A DNA stretch of 53,428 nucleotides. Source: an uncultured Verrucomicrobiales bacterium (GTDB lineage: Bacteria > Verrucomicrobiota > Verrucomicrobiia > Limisphaerales > UBA1100). The stretch spans positions 1-53,428 of the forward strand of contig CAJWVY010000002.1 of NCBI GenBank assembly GCA_913048135.1. The letters are read 5' to 3'. The stretch's first letter is position 1. The number at the start of each line of letters is the position of its first letter. Position numbers and translations under genes: made by a program. A model generated the notes under the pieces. It was not told the origin of the DNA. It worked only from the letters and a program-made list of their open reading frames with translations, and made no database searches. Below are positions 8,624 through 17,900 of the stretch, piece after piece.

Positions 8624-9544
8624 ATGTCTGAATCAGAAACCCCTGAAATTAATCCCAAAGAATCTGCTCCGCAGGTCGATCATGTCGAGGATCAACTCGC
8701 CTTGATCCAGGAGCTCGAACACAAACTAAAACTCCTCCGCTGGGGCCTTTTCATCGGCGTCTTGGCAGTCATGGCCCTCGGCATTAGTAACATCTGGAAA
8801 ACCACCAAAAAGGCCGCCGAACCCGCCGTGGAAGTGTACAACGAGGCCAAGGAAACCTACGAAGAGGTACAGGGAAAAATCGATGGCGCCAAAGATGTAT
8901 ATGATGACATTGCCCCCGATGTAGAGAAAGCTTACGGCACGCTCTCGGCATTGGTGAATCCCGACGACACTTCGGATGAACTTCAAACGGAGTTCAAGGA
9001 ACAATATGAGAACCGGATCAAACCGGCTGCTGAAGATTTGGCCAAACACATCTTGGTCGACCTTCAAGGCCAAGCTATGGAAAAATTCTCGGAAATTTCC
9101 AGTGAATCCGATGCAATTATGTTGGGTGCGCGTGATGAGCTACACACACTCACCAACAGCATTCCAGATATGGTAACCAAGGCCATTAACAATACATTGG
9201 TTGAAACCATCAATTCACGGGAATCCAAAATGCGAGAAATGTTTCCCAAGTTGACCAAGGATAAACAAGTAGCCGTCGCAAGCCGACTCTCAAATCTTTC
9301 CGATGAACAGGGAGAAAAAATCTTCTTGGCCCTGTTCCATGAACACGTCAGCGAACTTGGCCAGATCAATGATTCATTGAGTAAGATCTCCGCCACCGAA
9401 ACCGCCGGCGCTCAAGCTGGCGGCCTCACCGGCGATGTACAATCCAACCTAGCCCTTCTCTCGGCTGTGTTGAGCATCGTGAAAAAGGAATACGAAACCG
9501 AAGTTGAGCCCAAAACCCCTGAGAGCTCAGACACTAACGAATAA
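8624..9544 (+). CDS. Hypothetical single-pass membrane protein with a long acidic alpha-helical domain
   Basis: 306-aa ORF. One TM helix (WGLFIGVLAVMALGISNIW) after about 38 aa. The remainder is E/K/D-rich and helix-prone. No family recognised. Codon usage is visibly AT-richer than the flanks. Confidence 0.6.
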   Translation: MSESETPEINPKESAPQVDHVEDQLALIQELEHKLKLLRWGLFIGVLAVMALGISNIWKTTKKAAEPAVEVYNEAKETYEEVQGKIDGAKDVYDDIAPDVEKAYGTLSALVNPDDTSDELQTEFKEQYENRIKPAAEDLAKHILVDLQGQAMEKFSEISSESDAIMLGARDELHTLTNSIPDMVTKAINNTLVETINSRESKMREMFPKLTKDKQVAVASRLSNLSDEQGEKIFLALFHEHVSELGQINDSLSKISATETAGAQAGGLTGDVQSNLALLSAVLSIVKKEYETEVEPKTPESSDTNE

Positions 9545-9564
9545 CCCCAAATTTTCCTGATATC

Positions 9565-10422
9565 ATGAGCAAAGAAGAATCCAACTCATACAGCCCTGCT
9601 GAACAATATGTAGCTGACACAGTCTCCCGGATGCAAAAGTCCGTGCAGACCACCATGATTGTTGCCGCAGTAATCCTGATCGTAGAAATCGCGTATTTCT
9701 CGATCCTGAACAATAAAATTGCCGAAGGACTCACTGCGATTCCGGATATAGTGGAAGCCTACGAAGATGATTTTAATAAAATCAACGAGATGGCCGGCAA
9801 AATCCCGGAGATTGGCACGTACTCCAACGAGATTGCTAAGGCGCAAACTATCTTGGACGGCATTAACGGCGCTGAGGGCACCACAAATGTTGCTGGTCGG
9901 ATCACTGGGATGATCGTCCATGAAATCCGCACTCAGGAAAACATGATCGCTCAATACTCCTCGGAGTTGCTTCAAGATAACTTGGGCAACCTACCCGAAT
10001 GGGTCCAAGCACAAATCCCTAAGTATAGTGGCCGGTTGCAGGAAAAAGCAGATCTCTGGATCAACCAGTTTTGTGTCGCTTCCAGCGATGAACTAGGGTC
10101 CACCTTTGATACCTTTCTCGAAAGCAATGGTGACCAGATCCGGGCCTTCTCCGAAGCCACCGATGATGAACTGGCCCTCGAGAAACTGGATGAAGAGTTG
10201 ACCACCCAAATCGCCGTGTTTATGGGCACAACCAGCCTGGAAAACTACGGCACACTGGAGGAGCAATCAGACCTTTTCCTTTCCCGTTTGAAGGCAGCCA
10301 ACGAACTGCTCAAGCCATTGGCCAATAAGAAGACTGAAGAACTCACCGAGGACGAACGCCAACTGCGCCGCGCCATCGGGATCTTCATGAACCGGGTTGA
10401 TGAGGTAAATCTCAACAAATAA
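9565..10422 (+). CDS. Hypothetical single-pass membrane protein with an alpha-helical domain (same architecture as the upstream gene)
   Basis: 285-aa ORF. One TM helix (TMIVAAVILIVEIAYFSIL) after about 28 aa, then a helix-prone acidic domain. No family recognised. AT-richer codon usage. A terminator follows. Confidence 0.6.
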   Translation: MSKEESNSYSPAEQYVADTVSRMQKSVQTTMIVAAVILIVEIAYFSILNNKIAEGLTAIPDIVEAYEDDFNKINEMAGKIPEIGTYSNEIAKAQTILDGINGAEGTTNVAGRITGMIVHEIRTQENMIAQYSSELLQDNLGNLPEWVQAQIPKYSGRLQEKADLWINQFCVASSDELGSTFDTFLESNGDQIRAFSEATDDELALEKLDEELTTQIAVFMGTTSLENYGTLEEQSDLFLSRLKAANELLKPLANKKTEELTEDERQLRRAIGIFMNRVDEVNLNK

Positions 10423-10441
10423 ATTACCCCCACTCTTTCAC

Positions 10442-10467
10442 GGCCCCGGCAACGGGGCCTTTTTTTG
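10442..10467 (+). terminator. Intrinsic terminator
   Basis: GGCCCCG (10442-10448), loop GCAA, CGGGGCC (10453-10459), then TTTTTTT. Confidence 0.7.
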
Positions 10468-10506
10468 TGCCTTGGTCAAATCGCCGGCTTGGGGTAAACG
10501 TCCGGC

Positions 10507-11325
10507 GTGAGCCATGCTCCAGAAACCTTGGGTCTTATTGCCGGCAATCGTTCCCTGCCGCTGGTGCTGGCCCGTGAAGCGCGAGATGCCGGCGTGCAAC
10601 GACTGGTGGCCGCCGCTTTCGAAAAGGAAACCGATCCCCACCTCGAGGCGTTGGTGGATGAGATGGAATGGCTTCGCGTCGGCCAGCTCGGAAAATTGGT
10701 GGAAGTATTCCAAAAGCACGGCGTCACCCAATGCGTGATGGTCGGCCAAATTGCGCCTAAGAATCTTTTTGATCTGCGGCCGGATTTGCGCGCGCTCAAG
10801 CTGTTGACTTCGCTAAAGGAAAAAAACGCCCACTCCATTTTTGGTGGTATCGCCGATGAATTGGCCAAGGACGGCATTACGCTGATCGAAGCCACGCCCT
10901 GGCTGCAGCCCGCCATGCCGCAGACCGGCTTTCGACTTGGGCCTGAACCCGATGCCCCCCTGCAGGCCGATATCGAATATGGCCTGCGTATTGCCAAGGA
11001 GGTGAGCAAGCTGGAGATCGGCCAATCGGTGATCGTCAAAGAAGGCACGGTACTGGCCGTGGAAGGCTTTGAGGGTACGGACCGCTGCCTGCAGCGCGGC
11101 GGGGAACTGGCCGGAAAAAATGGCGGCGCGGTGGCGGTGAAGGTGGCCAAGGAGAACCACGATTTGCGCTTCGATATTCCTTGCCTCGGCGAAAGGACTC
11201 TGGAAACCTGCGCCTCCGCCGGCATTCGGGTGATTGCCTTTGAGGCCGGCCGTACATTGTTGCTGGATCGCGAGGCTGTGGAGGCACTCGCTCAACGCCA
11301 CCGGATTACCGTTACCGCTGTTTGA
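10507..11325 (+). CDS. lpxI: UDP-2,3-diacylglucosamine diphosphatase LpxI (DUF1009 family)
   Basis: GTG start. LGLIAGNRSLPLVLAREAR..., EIGQSVIVKEGTVLAVEGFEGTDRCLQRGG and VKVAKENHDLRFDIPCLG are typical LpxI text. Confidence 0.75.
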   Translation: MSHAPETLGLIAGNRSLPLVLAREARDAGVQRLVAAAFEKETDPHLEALVDEMEWLRVGQLGKLVEVFQKHGVTQCVMVGQIAPKNLFDLRPDLRALKLLTSLKEKNAHSIFGGIADELAKDGITLIEATPWLQPAMPQTGFRLGPEPDAPLQADIEYGLRIAKEVSKLEIGQSVIVKEGTVLAVEGFEGTDRCLQRGGELAGKNGGAVAVKVAKENHDLRFDIPCLGERTLETCASAGIRVIAFEAGRTLLLDREAVEALAQRHRITVTAV

Positions 11326-11331
11326 CGCATC

Positions 11332-11829
11332 ATGCTGAATTCATTTGAACTGCTCGGATACATTTCCGCCGACTTAAGCAACCGCATCCTGTCCGACTCG
11401 GCCGAAGACAACCGCGAAGTGTACGATGCCACCCTCGCCGGCGTGGCCAAGCTCCGCCGCATGCGACCACAGTTTCTGAAGAGCCAGCCCAAGCCTGCGC
11501 GCCACAAGCTGATGATCGAATCGCTGAAGCGCCCGGCTTTCGAGGAAGTAGCCTCTCAACTTTTGCGCGGTTGGTTGATCAAGCACCAACAAGAGATGCT
11601 CACGCAGTTTCTCGATGCCCTGAAAATCGAGCACGAAGACGGCGTGGTGGAGGATTTGCCGGAGACCATCACCGATGATGCTCTGGAATCAGCGATCAGC
11701 GGTCTCTTGGCCCAGCATGACAAGGAAATCGTGATCCTTTACCTTCACGCATTCCATAGCATGAACGACGCAGGCTGGAGCAATCTGGAAACGGCACTGG
11801 ACTCGGACGAGCGGATCCAATTCTTCTAA
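11332..11829 (+). CDS. Hypothetical protein
   Basis: 165-aa ORF 6 nt after lpxI with ordinary soluble-protein composition. No family recognised. Confidence 0.5.
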   Translation: MLNSFELLGYISADLSNRILSDSAEDNREVYDATLAGVAKLRRMRPQFLKSQPKPARHKLMIESLKRPAFEEVASQLLRGWLIKHQQEMLTQFLDALKIEHEDGVVEDLPETITDDALESAISGLLAQHDKEIVILYLHAFHSMNDAGWSNLETALDSDERIQFF

Positions 11830-11841
11830 AGGCCCGTTTCG

Positions 11842-11870
11842 GCCATTTTTTTTCAAAAAATGGCTTTTAT
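11842..11870 (+). terminator. AT-rich hairpin terminator candidate
   Basis: GCCATTTTTT (11842-11851), 3-nt loop, AAAAAATGGC (11855-11864), then TTTTAT. The ATG at 11860 from the ORF track lies inside this hairpin. Confidence 0.4.
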
Positions 11871-11922
11871 CCGCCCTCAGCATCAGTATTCTATCGCGCC
11901 TTCCAGTAGGGATTATTTGCAA

Positions 11923-13377
11923 ATGGAACCTCAAGGCGATATCGCTCTCATTGGTCTGGCCGTTATGGGCCGGAATTTGATTCTGAATATGAACGACCAC
12001 GGCTTCACCGTCGTGGCCTACAATCGTACCGCCGCCAAGGTGGATGAGTTTATGGCCGGCGAAGCGGCTGGCACAAATATCATCGGAGCCCGCTCCATTC
12101 CGGAGATGGTCGCCAACCTCAAACGCCCGCGCCGCGTGATGATGCTCGTGAAGGCTGGTCAGCCCGTGGATGACTTTATCGATCAGCTCCTCCCCTATCT
12201 GGAGCCCGGTGACATCATTATTGATGGCGGCAACTCCCTTTACGAGGACAGCATTCGCCGCACGAAATATGTGGAATCGCGCGGCCTGCATTTCATTGGC
12301 ACAGGCGTTTCCGGCGGGGAAGAAGGCGCCCGCACTGGCCCATCCATCATGCCCGGCGGCTCCGAAGCGGCTTGGCCTTATGTGAAAAATATTTTCCAAG
12401 CCATCTCCGCCAAGGTGGAAGATGGCGCTCCTTGCTGTGACTGGGTGGGAGCCAATGGCGCCGGCCATTATGTAAAAATGGTGCACAACGGCATTGAGTA
12501 CGGCGATATGCAGTTGATCTGCGAAGCCTACAATCTCATGAAAAACGGCCTCAGCATGAGCGCCGATGAAATGCACGCCGTGTTCAAGGAATGGAACGAA
12601 GGCGACCTCGACTCCTACCTTATTGAAATCACCCGCGATATCCTCGGCTACAAAGATGAAAACGGCGGACCGCTCGTCGAAAAAATTCTAGATACAGCCG
12701 GCCAAAAAGGCACCGGCAAATGGACCGTCATCAATTCCGCCGAGCTTGGCATGCCCACCACCTTAATTGCCGAAGCCGTATTTGCCCGCTGCATTTCCGC
12801 ACTCAAGGATGATCGCATCAAGGCCTCCACCAAATTGCGCGGGCCCAAGCCCGCCATCACCCGTGACAAGGCGAAGTTCATCGAGGACATCCGTTGCGCC
12901 TTATACGCCTCCAAGATCGTCAGCTACGCCCAAGGGTTCATGCTTATGCGTGCGGCCGCCAAGGAGTACGGCTGGAAACTCAACTACGGCAACATCGCCC
13001 TCATGTGGCGCGGCGGCTGCATTATTCGCAGCGCTTTCCTCGGCAAGATTAAGGATGCCTACGATAAGCATCCGCGCCTGCAAAACCTATTGCTCGACAC
13101 CTTTTTCAAGCGCGCCATTCGCCACAGCCAAAAGGGTTGGCGCAATGTCGTCGCCGTAGCCGCCAAGCGCGGCATCCCCGTGCCCGCAATCAGCACGGCA
13201 CTGGCGTTTTTCGACAGCTACCGCACCGAGCAATTGCCTGCCAATCTACTGCAGGCGCAGCGGGATTATTTCGGCGCGCACACCTATGAGCGGATCGATA
13301 AACCGCGCGGTGAATTCTTCCATACCAACTGGACCGGACGAGGTGGCGACGTATCTTCCTCTACCTACAACGCCTAA
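11923..13377 (+). CDS. gnd: 6-phosphogluconate dehydrogenase, decarboxylating
   Basis: The ATG at 11923 gives MEPQGDIALIGLAVMGRNL, the usual N-terminal Rossmann start. GAGHYVKMVHNGIEYGDMQLI signature. About 484 aa. Confidence 0.9.
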   Translation: MEPQGDIALIGLAVMGRNLILNMNDHGFTVVAYNRTAAKVDEFMAGEAAGTNIIGARSIPEMVANLKRPRRVMMLVKAGQPVDDFIDQLLPYLEPGDIIIDGGNSLYEDSIRRTKYVESRGLHFIGTGVSGGEEGARTGPSIMPGGSEAAWPYVKNIFQAISAKVEDGAPCCDWVGANGAGHYVKMVHNGIEYGDMQLICEAYNLMKNGLSMSADEMHAVFKEWNEGDLDSYLIEITRDILGYKDENGGPLVEKILDTAGQKGTGKWTVINSAELGMPTTLIAEAVFARCISALKDDRIKASTKLRGPKPAITRDKAKFIEDIRCALYASKIVSYAQGFMLMRAAAKEYGWKLNYGNIALMWRGGCIIRSAFLGKIKDAYDKHPRLQNLLLDTFFKRAIRHSQKGWRNVVAVAAKRGIPVPAISTALAFFDSYRTEQLPANLLQAQRDYFGAHTYERIDKPRGEFFHTNWTGRGGDVSSSTYNA

Positions 13378-13379
13378 CC

Positions 13380-14261
13380 ATGAGTGATCCCGCACAGGTG
13401 TTACGCGACTTTGCGCCATCCAAGGAATTCTTCGTCGGCATTGATTCGGATGGCTGCGTGTTTGATTCCATGGAAATCAAACATCAGGAATGTTTTGCCC
13501 CGATGTTCATCAAGCACTACGCGCTGCAGGCAGCCAGCAAATACGCCCGCGAAGTGTGGACCTTTGTGAACCTCTACTCCAAAACGCGCGGCTGCAACCG
13601 TTTCCACGCCGTTATTCGCGCGCTTGATTTACTGCGAACCCGAAAGGAAGTACAGGCGCGCGGCGTGGAGGTGCCCAGTTTCCCTGCCCTGCTCGAATGG
13701 GTGGAACGCGAAACCAAACTCGGCAATGCCACGCTGGATGCTGAAGTGGCCGGCGGCAATGAAGCTCTCGTCCCGATCAAAATCTGGAGCGATGCGGTGA
13801 ATGTCACCGTAAAGGACATCGTGCACGGCGTGCCGCCCTTTCCGCTCGTGCGCGAAACTCTGACTCAAGCCAATGCGCAGGCTGATTGCATGGTGATTTC
13901 ACAAACGCCAGTGGACGCCCTTGAACGCGAGTGGAACGAAAATGAAATCCGCCAATTTGTGCAGATTATTGCCGGCCAGGAAATGGGAACCAAAACCGAG
14001 CATCTCGCCTTCGCCGCCAAAGAAAAATACGCAGCCGACAAGGTCCTAATGATCGGCGACGCTCCCGGCGATCACAAGGCCGCCGCTGCCAATGAAGCTC
14101 TGTTCTTCCCCATAAATCCCGGTAATGAGGAAGCCAGTTGGGAGCGCCTCCACAACGAGGCCTTGAAGAAGTTTTTCGCAGGCTCTTTTGCGGGTGAATA
14201 CCAACAACAGTTGCTGAATGAATTTGAGGGCTACCTGCCCGAGAACCCAAGCTGGGCTTAA
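13380..14261 (+). CDS. HAD-superfamily hydrolase
   Basis: Motif I GIDSDGCVFD and motif IV-like MIGDAPGDHKAA. Starts 3 nt after gnd. Confidence 0.6.
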   Translation: MSDPAQVLRDFAPSKEFFVGIDSDGCVFDSMEIKHQECFAPMFIKHYALQAASKYAREVWTFVNLYSKTRGCNRFHAVIRALDLLRTRKEVQARGVEVPSFPALLEWVERETKLGNATLDAEVAGGNEALVPIKIWSDAVNVTVKDIVHGVPPFPLVRETLTQANAQADCMVISQTPVDALEREWNENEIRQFVQIIAGQEMGTKTEHLAFAAKEKYAADKVLMIGDAPGDHKAAAANEALFFPINPGNEEASWERLHNEALKKFFAGSFAGEYQQQLLNEFEGYLPENPSWA

Positions 14262-15628
14262 TCCTCCTCCGCCGGAGCTTCCTCGCTGGGCTCCCGATCG
14301 CTGAGTTGTGTCAAACGCGCCTGCTCCACCTGCAGTCGGAACGTTTGTTCCACGCGCAATTCGTATCGGCCCAGCTCCAGCACATCGCCAACCTTGGGAA
14401 AGGATCCCAGTCGTTTGGTGATCAGGCCGCTCACGGTAGTCACACCTTTCTCATCACAATCTTCGCCGGTCAACTCCGCCAGTTCATGCAACGGCATGGT
14501 GCCTTGAATGGACCAGGTGACCTTATCCAGCTTCTCGAACATCGGCTGTTCGTGATCAAACTCGTCCTGAATCTGACCAACCAGTTCCTCCAAAATATTT
14601 TCCAGTGTCACCATTCCCACCGTGTCGCCATACTCATTGACCACCAGGGCGAAGTGCAGTTTGCGCTCGAGGAAAATCTGCATCAACCCTTCCAGACGCG
14701 CAGTTTCCGGGGCGTAAACCAGATCACGGGAAAACGGCTCCAGTTCCGTGGCCGTTTTTGCCGTGCGCCGTTGTGCATACAAATCCTTGATGTGCACCAC
14801 GCCCACCGTTTCATCGATATTGCCTCCTGAGCACAATGGAAACCGCGAGTGCCGAGTACGCTCGGCCAGTTCGAGGCAATCCTCAATACTGGATTCGGTA
14901 TTTAACCCCTCAATCTCGCGGCGAGGCCGCATCACATCCCGCGCAATCCGGTCCTTGAGATCAAACGCATTCAACACCAGATCCCTGCGAAACTGATCCT
15001 TATCCGAGCCATCGCCGGCCGCCCCGATCATCATTCGTAATTCCTCCTCGGAATGCGTATGCCCATGCTCATCCGCTTCACCCAGCCCCACCTTTTTCAA
15101 CAGCCACAACGCCCAGTTGTTCAGTAGCCAAATGAATGGGTACATCGTCCAGTAAAACCACCGGAGCGGATAGGCAATCCATAATGAGGTCTGTAGGGAG
15201 CGCTGAATAGCTACCCATTTAGGCGCCATCTCGCCCACCACAATGTGCAGGATTGTGATGACACCAAAGCCGACTCCGTAGGAAATGGTGTGCCGCCAAT
15301 GCTCATCCGCCAACAGCATTCCGCCATCTATATTCAGATTATAAACCGGCTCCAACAGTTTATCGAAAATCGGATGCCCTACAAAACCCAAGGCCAAACT
15401 GGCAATGGTGATGCCCAGCTGGCAGGCACTCAGATAGGCATCGAGGTTGGCTAATAAATGCCGGGCCATTTTTGCGCGCCGATGCCCTTTGGACGCCATC
15501 GGCTGCAGCTGGGTATCGCGTACCTTTACTAGCGCGAATTCCGCCGCCACAAAGAATCCGTTCAGCAACACAAGGAACGCAACCGCCAAGCAAAGGCCCA
15601 ATATCTCCATTATCTCACCGACAGCCAT
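14258..15628 (-). CDS. CNNM/HlyC/CorC-family transporter (DUF21 TM domain, CBS pair, CorC_HlyC C-terminal domain)
   Basis: 456 aa. N-terminal 4-TM DUF21 text (NGFFVAAEFALVKVR). A CBS pair (ARDVMRPRREI..., FALVVNEYGDTVGMVTLENILEELVG). A C-terminal transporter-associated domain. Confidence 0.8.
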   Translation of the reverse strand: MAVGEIMEILGLCLAVAFLVLLNGFFVAAEFALVKVRDTQLQPMASKGHRRAKMARHLLANLDAYLSACQLGITIASLALGFVGHPIFDKLLEPVYNLNIDGGMLLADEHWRHTISYGVGFGVITILHIVVGEMAPKWVAIQRSLQTSLWIAYPLRWFYWTMYPFIWLLNNWALWLLKKVGLGEADEHGHTHSEEELRMMIGAAGDGSDKDQFRRDLVLNAFDLKDRIARDVMRPRREIEGLNTESSIEDCLELAERTRHSRFPLCSGGNIDETVGVVHIKDLYAQRRTAKTATELEPFSRDLVYAPETARLEGLMQIFLERKLHFALVVNEYGDTVGMVTLENILEELVGQIQDEFDHEQPMFEKLDKVTWSIQGTMPLHELAELTGEDCDEKGVTTVSGLITKRLGSFPKVGDVLELGRYELRVEQTFRLQVEQARLTQLSDREPSEEAPAEED

Positions 15629-16656
15629 CAGACTTTCACCTCTCCAAATACCACCTTAAGAATATCCGGCAGGCTCACCATACCCAGTTCACGGCGGCGT
15701 TTGTCCAAAATGATAACCACTCGCTGGCCGGAACGTTGCATCACTTGCAGGAGCGATTGTAACCGGATGTCTTCGTCCTGATACAAAGTGGATTCTAAGA
15801 AATCCCCCACCGGCCGTTGCCAATCTGTTTCCGGCAGAAAAATCAGGCGGCGCAAATTTACCACCCCCGCAATGCGGCGGCGCGAGCCGCTTTCAGTCCA
15901 CACCGGCAAACGCGTGTAGGGCTCCACGCTGTGATTCCTCACGAGGTCCACCACGCGATCGTCCGATTTGATTTCCGGTAGTTCATCAAACGGCTTGGCC
16001 AATTCGCGCACAGGAATTTTTTGCAGATCCAGCACACGATCAATCATCACGCGCTCGTCATTGCTCAGGCTCTGACCGCTTTCGGTCATCAATTGCCGCA
16101 ACTCTTCGCGACTGCCAAACAGGTTACCCCGGCGCCTACCTCCCACCGGCGCAAACAACAACACCTCCGAAACACTCTTGAGTAACTCCACCAGCGGGCT
16201 GAGTAATAATTCAACCCAGTTGTAGATGCCGGATAATATCACACACAAACGGGTGGCGTATTTGCGGAAAACCATTTTAGGCAATAACTCGCAAACGGTG
16301 TAGAACAGCAAACAGCCAGCCAAAAACGCCAACCAAAAAACAGCCGCCGTTTGTGTTGGGCGCAGCAGCTCGTTATAGCCCTTTACGTCGATCCAGCAGG
16401 CCAGTCCGTATAACCCCACCAACCCCAGAATAACGTTGGCCATGGTGTTGCCCACCAGAATCGTCCATAGTGTATCTTCGGGTTGATCCAAATGCTCCAG
16501 CAACCGGGCGGCACGCGCATTGCCTTCACGCGCCATGCGCCGCAACCGTAGCCGGCTTAGCTCCACGAGTCCTGTCTCCAGGCCCGAAAGGAAAAATGAA
16601 AGGCCCGCGCATAATGCGCCTAAACCCAACAAGCTCCATTCCAAAGAGGTCATCAT
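15628..16656 (-). CDS. CNNM-family protein with DUF21 and a CBS pair only (no CorC_HlyC domain)
   Basis: 342 aa. The DUF21 start is LSGLETGLVELSRLRL. The protein ends right after the second CBS motif (VVIILDKRRRELGMVSLPDILKVVFGEVKV). The stop shares 1 nt with the next start (TGATG) and the start overlaps the upstream stop (ATGA). Confidence 0.75.
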   Translation of the reverse strand: MMTSLEWSLLGLGALCAGLSFFLSGLETGLVELSRLRLRRMAREGNARAARLLEHLDQPEDTLWTILVGNTMANVILGLVGLYGLACWIDVKGYNELLRPTQTAAVFWLAFLAGCLLFYTVCELLPKMVFRKYATRLCVILSGIYNWVELLLSPLVELLKSVSEVLLFAPVGGRRRGNLFGSREELRQLMTESGQSLSNDERVMIDRVLDLQKIPVRELAKPFDELPEIKSDDRVVDLVRNHSVEPYTRLPVWTESGSRRRIAGVVNLRRLIFLPETDWQRPVGDFLESTLYQDEDIRLQSLLQVMQRSGQRVVIILDKRRRELGMVSLPDILKVVFGEVKV

Positions 16657-17885
16657 TTACCTCCCTTCGTTTTGGCTAACACCTCGAGCACTCGCCGGTC
16701 GTCCGCGCGCGTTACTCGAAAGATCAACCCGCTGAATTCCACCTCGGTATCCACCACCGGAATGGCATCGAGCCGGGAAGTTATCAATCCGCCAATGGTA
16801 TCCACACCCGGCGCGCGCTCGAGCGCCGGGTATTCGCGGCGGAAGTCCTCCAGCCACACGTTACCCGTCATCCGCCAGCGACCTTCCCCTTGTTCTTCAA
16901 GAACGAATTGGGACTCATCTCCCTCCCGACGCAGTCCGCCCACGATGTCCGCCAAAATATCCTCCAGCGTCACCAAGCCCGCCGTGGTGCCGAATTCATC
17001 GAGCACGATCGCCATGCTGTGTGTCTTGTTTTGAAAACTCTTGAGTAACTCTAGTAAATTCATTTCCTCGGGCACAAAGGAGGGAAAGTCTATAACCTCC
17101 ACCATGTCCACCTCTGGGTCCGCCAAAAGTTTGGGCGTGTTCAAAATGCCCACGATGCTATCAGGGCTTTCGCCGTACATCGGCAATCGACGATGTTGAT
17201 GTTTACGCGCGGCCACCAACATTTCCGACACGCTTAAGTCGTGCGGAATGCTGGCCATTTGTGATCGCGGCCGCATCAAATCCCCCACAGTACGCCGGTC
17301 CAGATGGGTGATGCTGAGAATGATTTCCTTTTCTGACATACCCAGCGTACCGGATTGCCAGGCCAACTCGAGCAGTTCGCGGTATTCCTCATCGGATAAG
17401 GCCGGTAATGGCTGAATGGATTTCGGCACCAACCGGAGCAGTTGATTATTCACCGCCTGCGCCACTCGGCGCACTGGCCCGGTGAGTTGCACCAACCAAA
17501 GCATTACCGAAGCCACGCGCGGTGCCCACGCTTCTGGCCGGCGAACGGCCAATGTTTTAGGGACGATTTCTGAAAACAAAATCAAACCAGCCGCCAGTAG
17601 AAAACCCATTAGGGCAAAGCGATCTGGATTCAGTTTCCAACCCAGCACCAGCGCCACGGCAATCACTGCGCCATGCGCCAAGGTGTTACCCAGCGTCATG
17701 GTCGCGAGTAAATCCTGCGGAGATGCCAGTAGTTTTCGGATAAAAACACCGCGCTCGGGCTGGTGTGCGGTGATCTGGCGCAGACGCCATTTCCCCAGCG
17801 TGAGCAAGGCCGTTTCCGCGAGGGCAAAGAAGAAGGCCACGCCGGTAAAACCCAGCAGCAGAATCAGTTCAGTATACCACTGCAT
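16653..17885 (-). CDS. CNNM/HlyC/CorC-family transporter (DUF21, CBS pair, CorC_HlyC)
   Basis: 410 aa. LAETALLTLGKWRL is the DUF21 start. CBS text AIVLDEFGTTAGLVTLEDILADIVG. A C-terminal CorC-type domain. The start is 15 nt downstream of the ftsZ stop. Confidence 0.8.
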   Translation of the reverse strand: MQWYTELILLLGFTGVAFFFALAETALLTLGKWRLRQITAHQPERGVFIRKLLASPQDLLATMTLGNTLAHGAVIAVALVLGWKLNPDRFALMGFLLAAGLILFSEIVPKTLAVRRPEAWAPRVASVMLWLVQLTGPVRRVAQAVNNQLLRLVPKSIQPLPALSDEEYRELLELAWQSGTLGMSEKEIILSITHLDRRTVGDLMRPRSQMASIPHDLSVSEMLVAARKHQHRRLPMYGESPDSIVGILNTPKLLADPEVDMVEVIDFPSFVPEEMNLLELLKSFQNKTHSMAIVLDEFGTTAGLVTLEDILADIVGGLRREGDESQFVLEEQGEGRWRMTGNVWLEDFRREYPALERAPGVDTIGGLITSRLDAIPVVDTEVEFSGLIFRVTRADDRRVLEVLAKTKGGK

Positions 17886-17900
17886 GCTTATGGAGCCGCG

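Noticed and set aside
8485-10470. The low-GC cassette as a prophage remnant, toxin-antitoxin pair or defence island.
   Set aside because: There is no integrase, transposase, flanking direct repeats or tRNA. There are no nuclease, ATPase or toxin motifs. It is only two helical membrane proteins, so it is reported as an unexplained orphan cassette instead.
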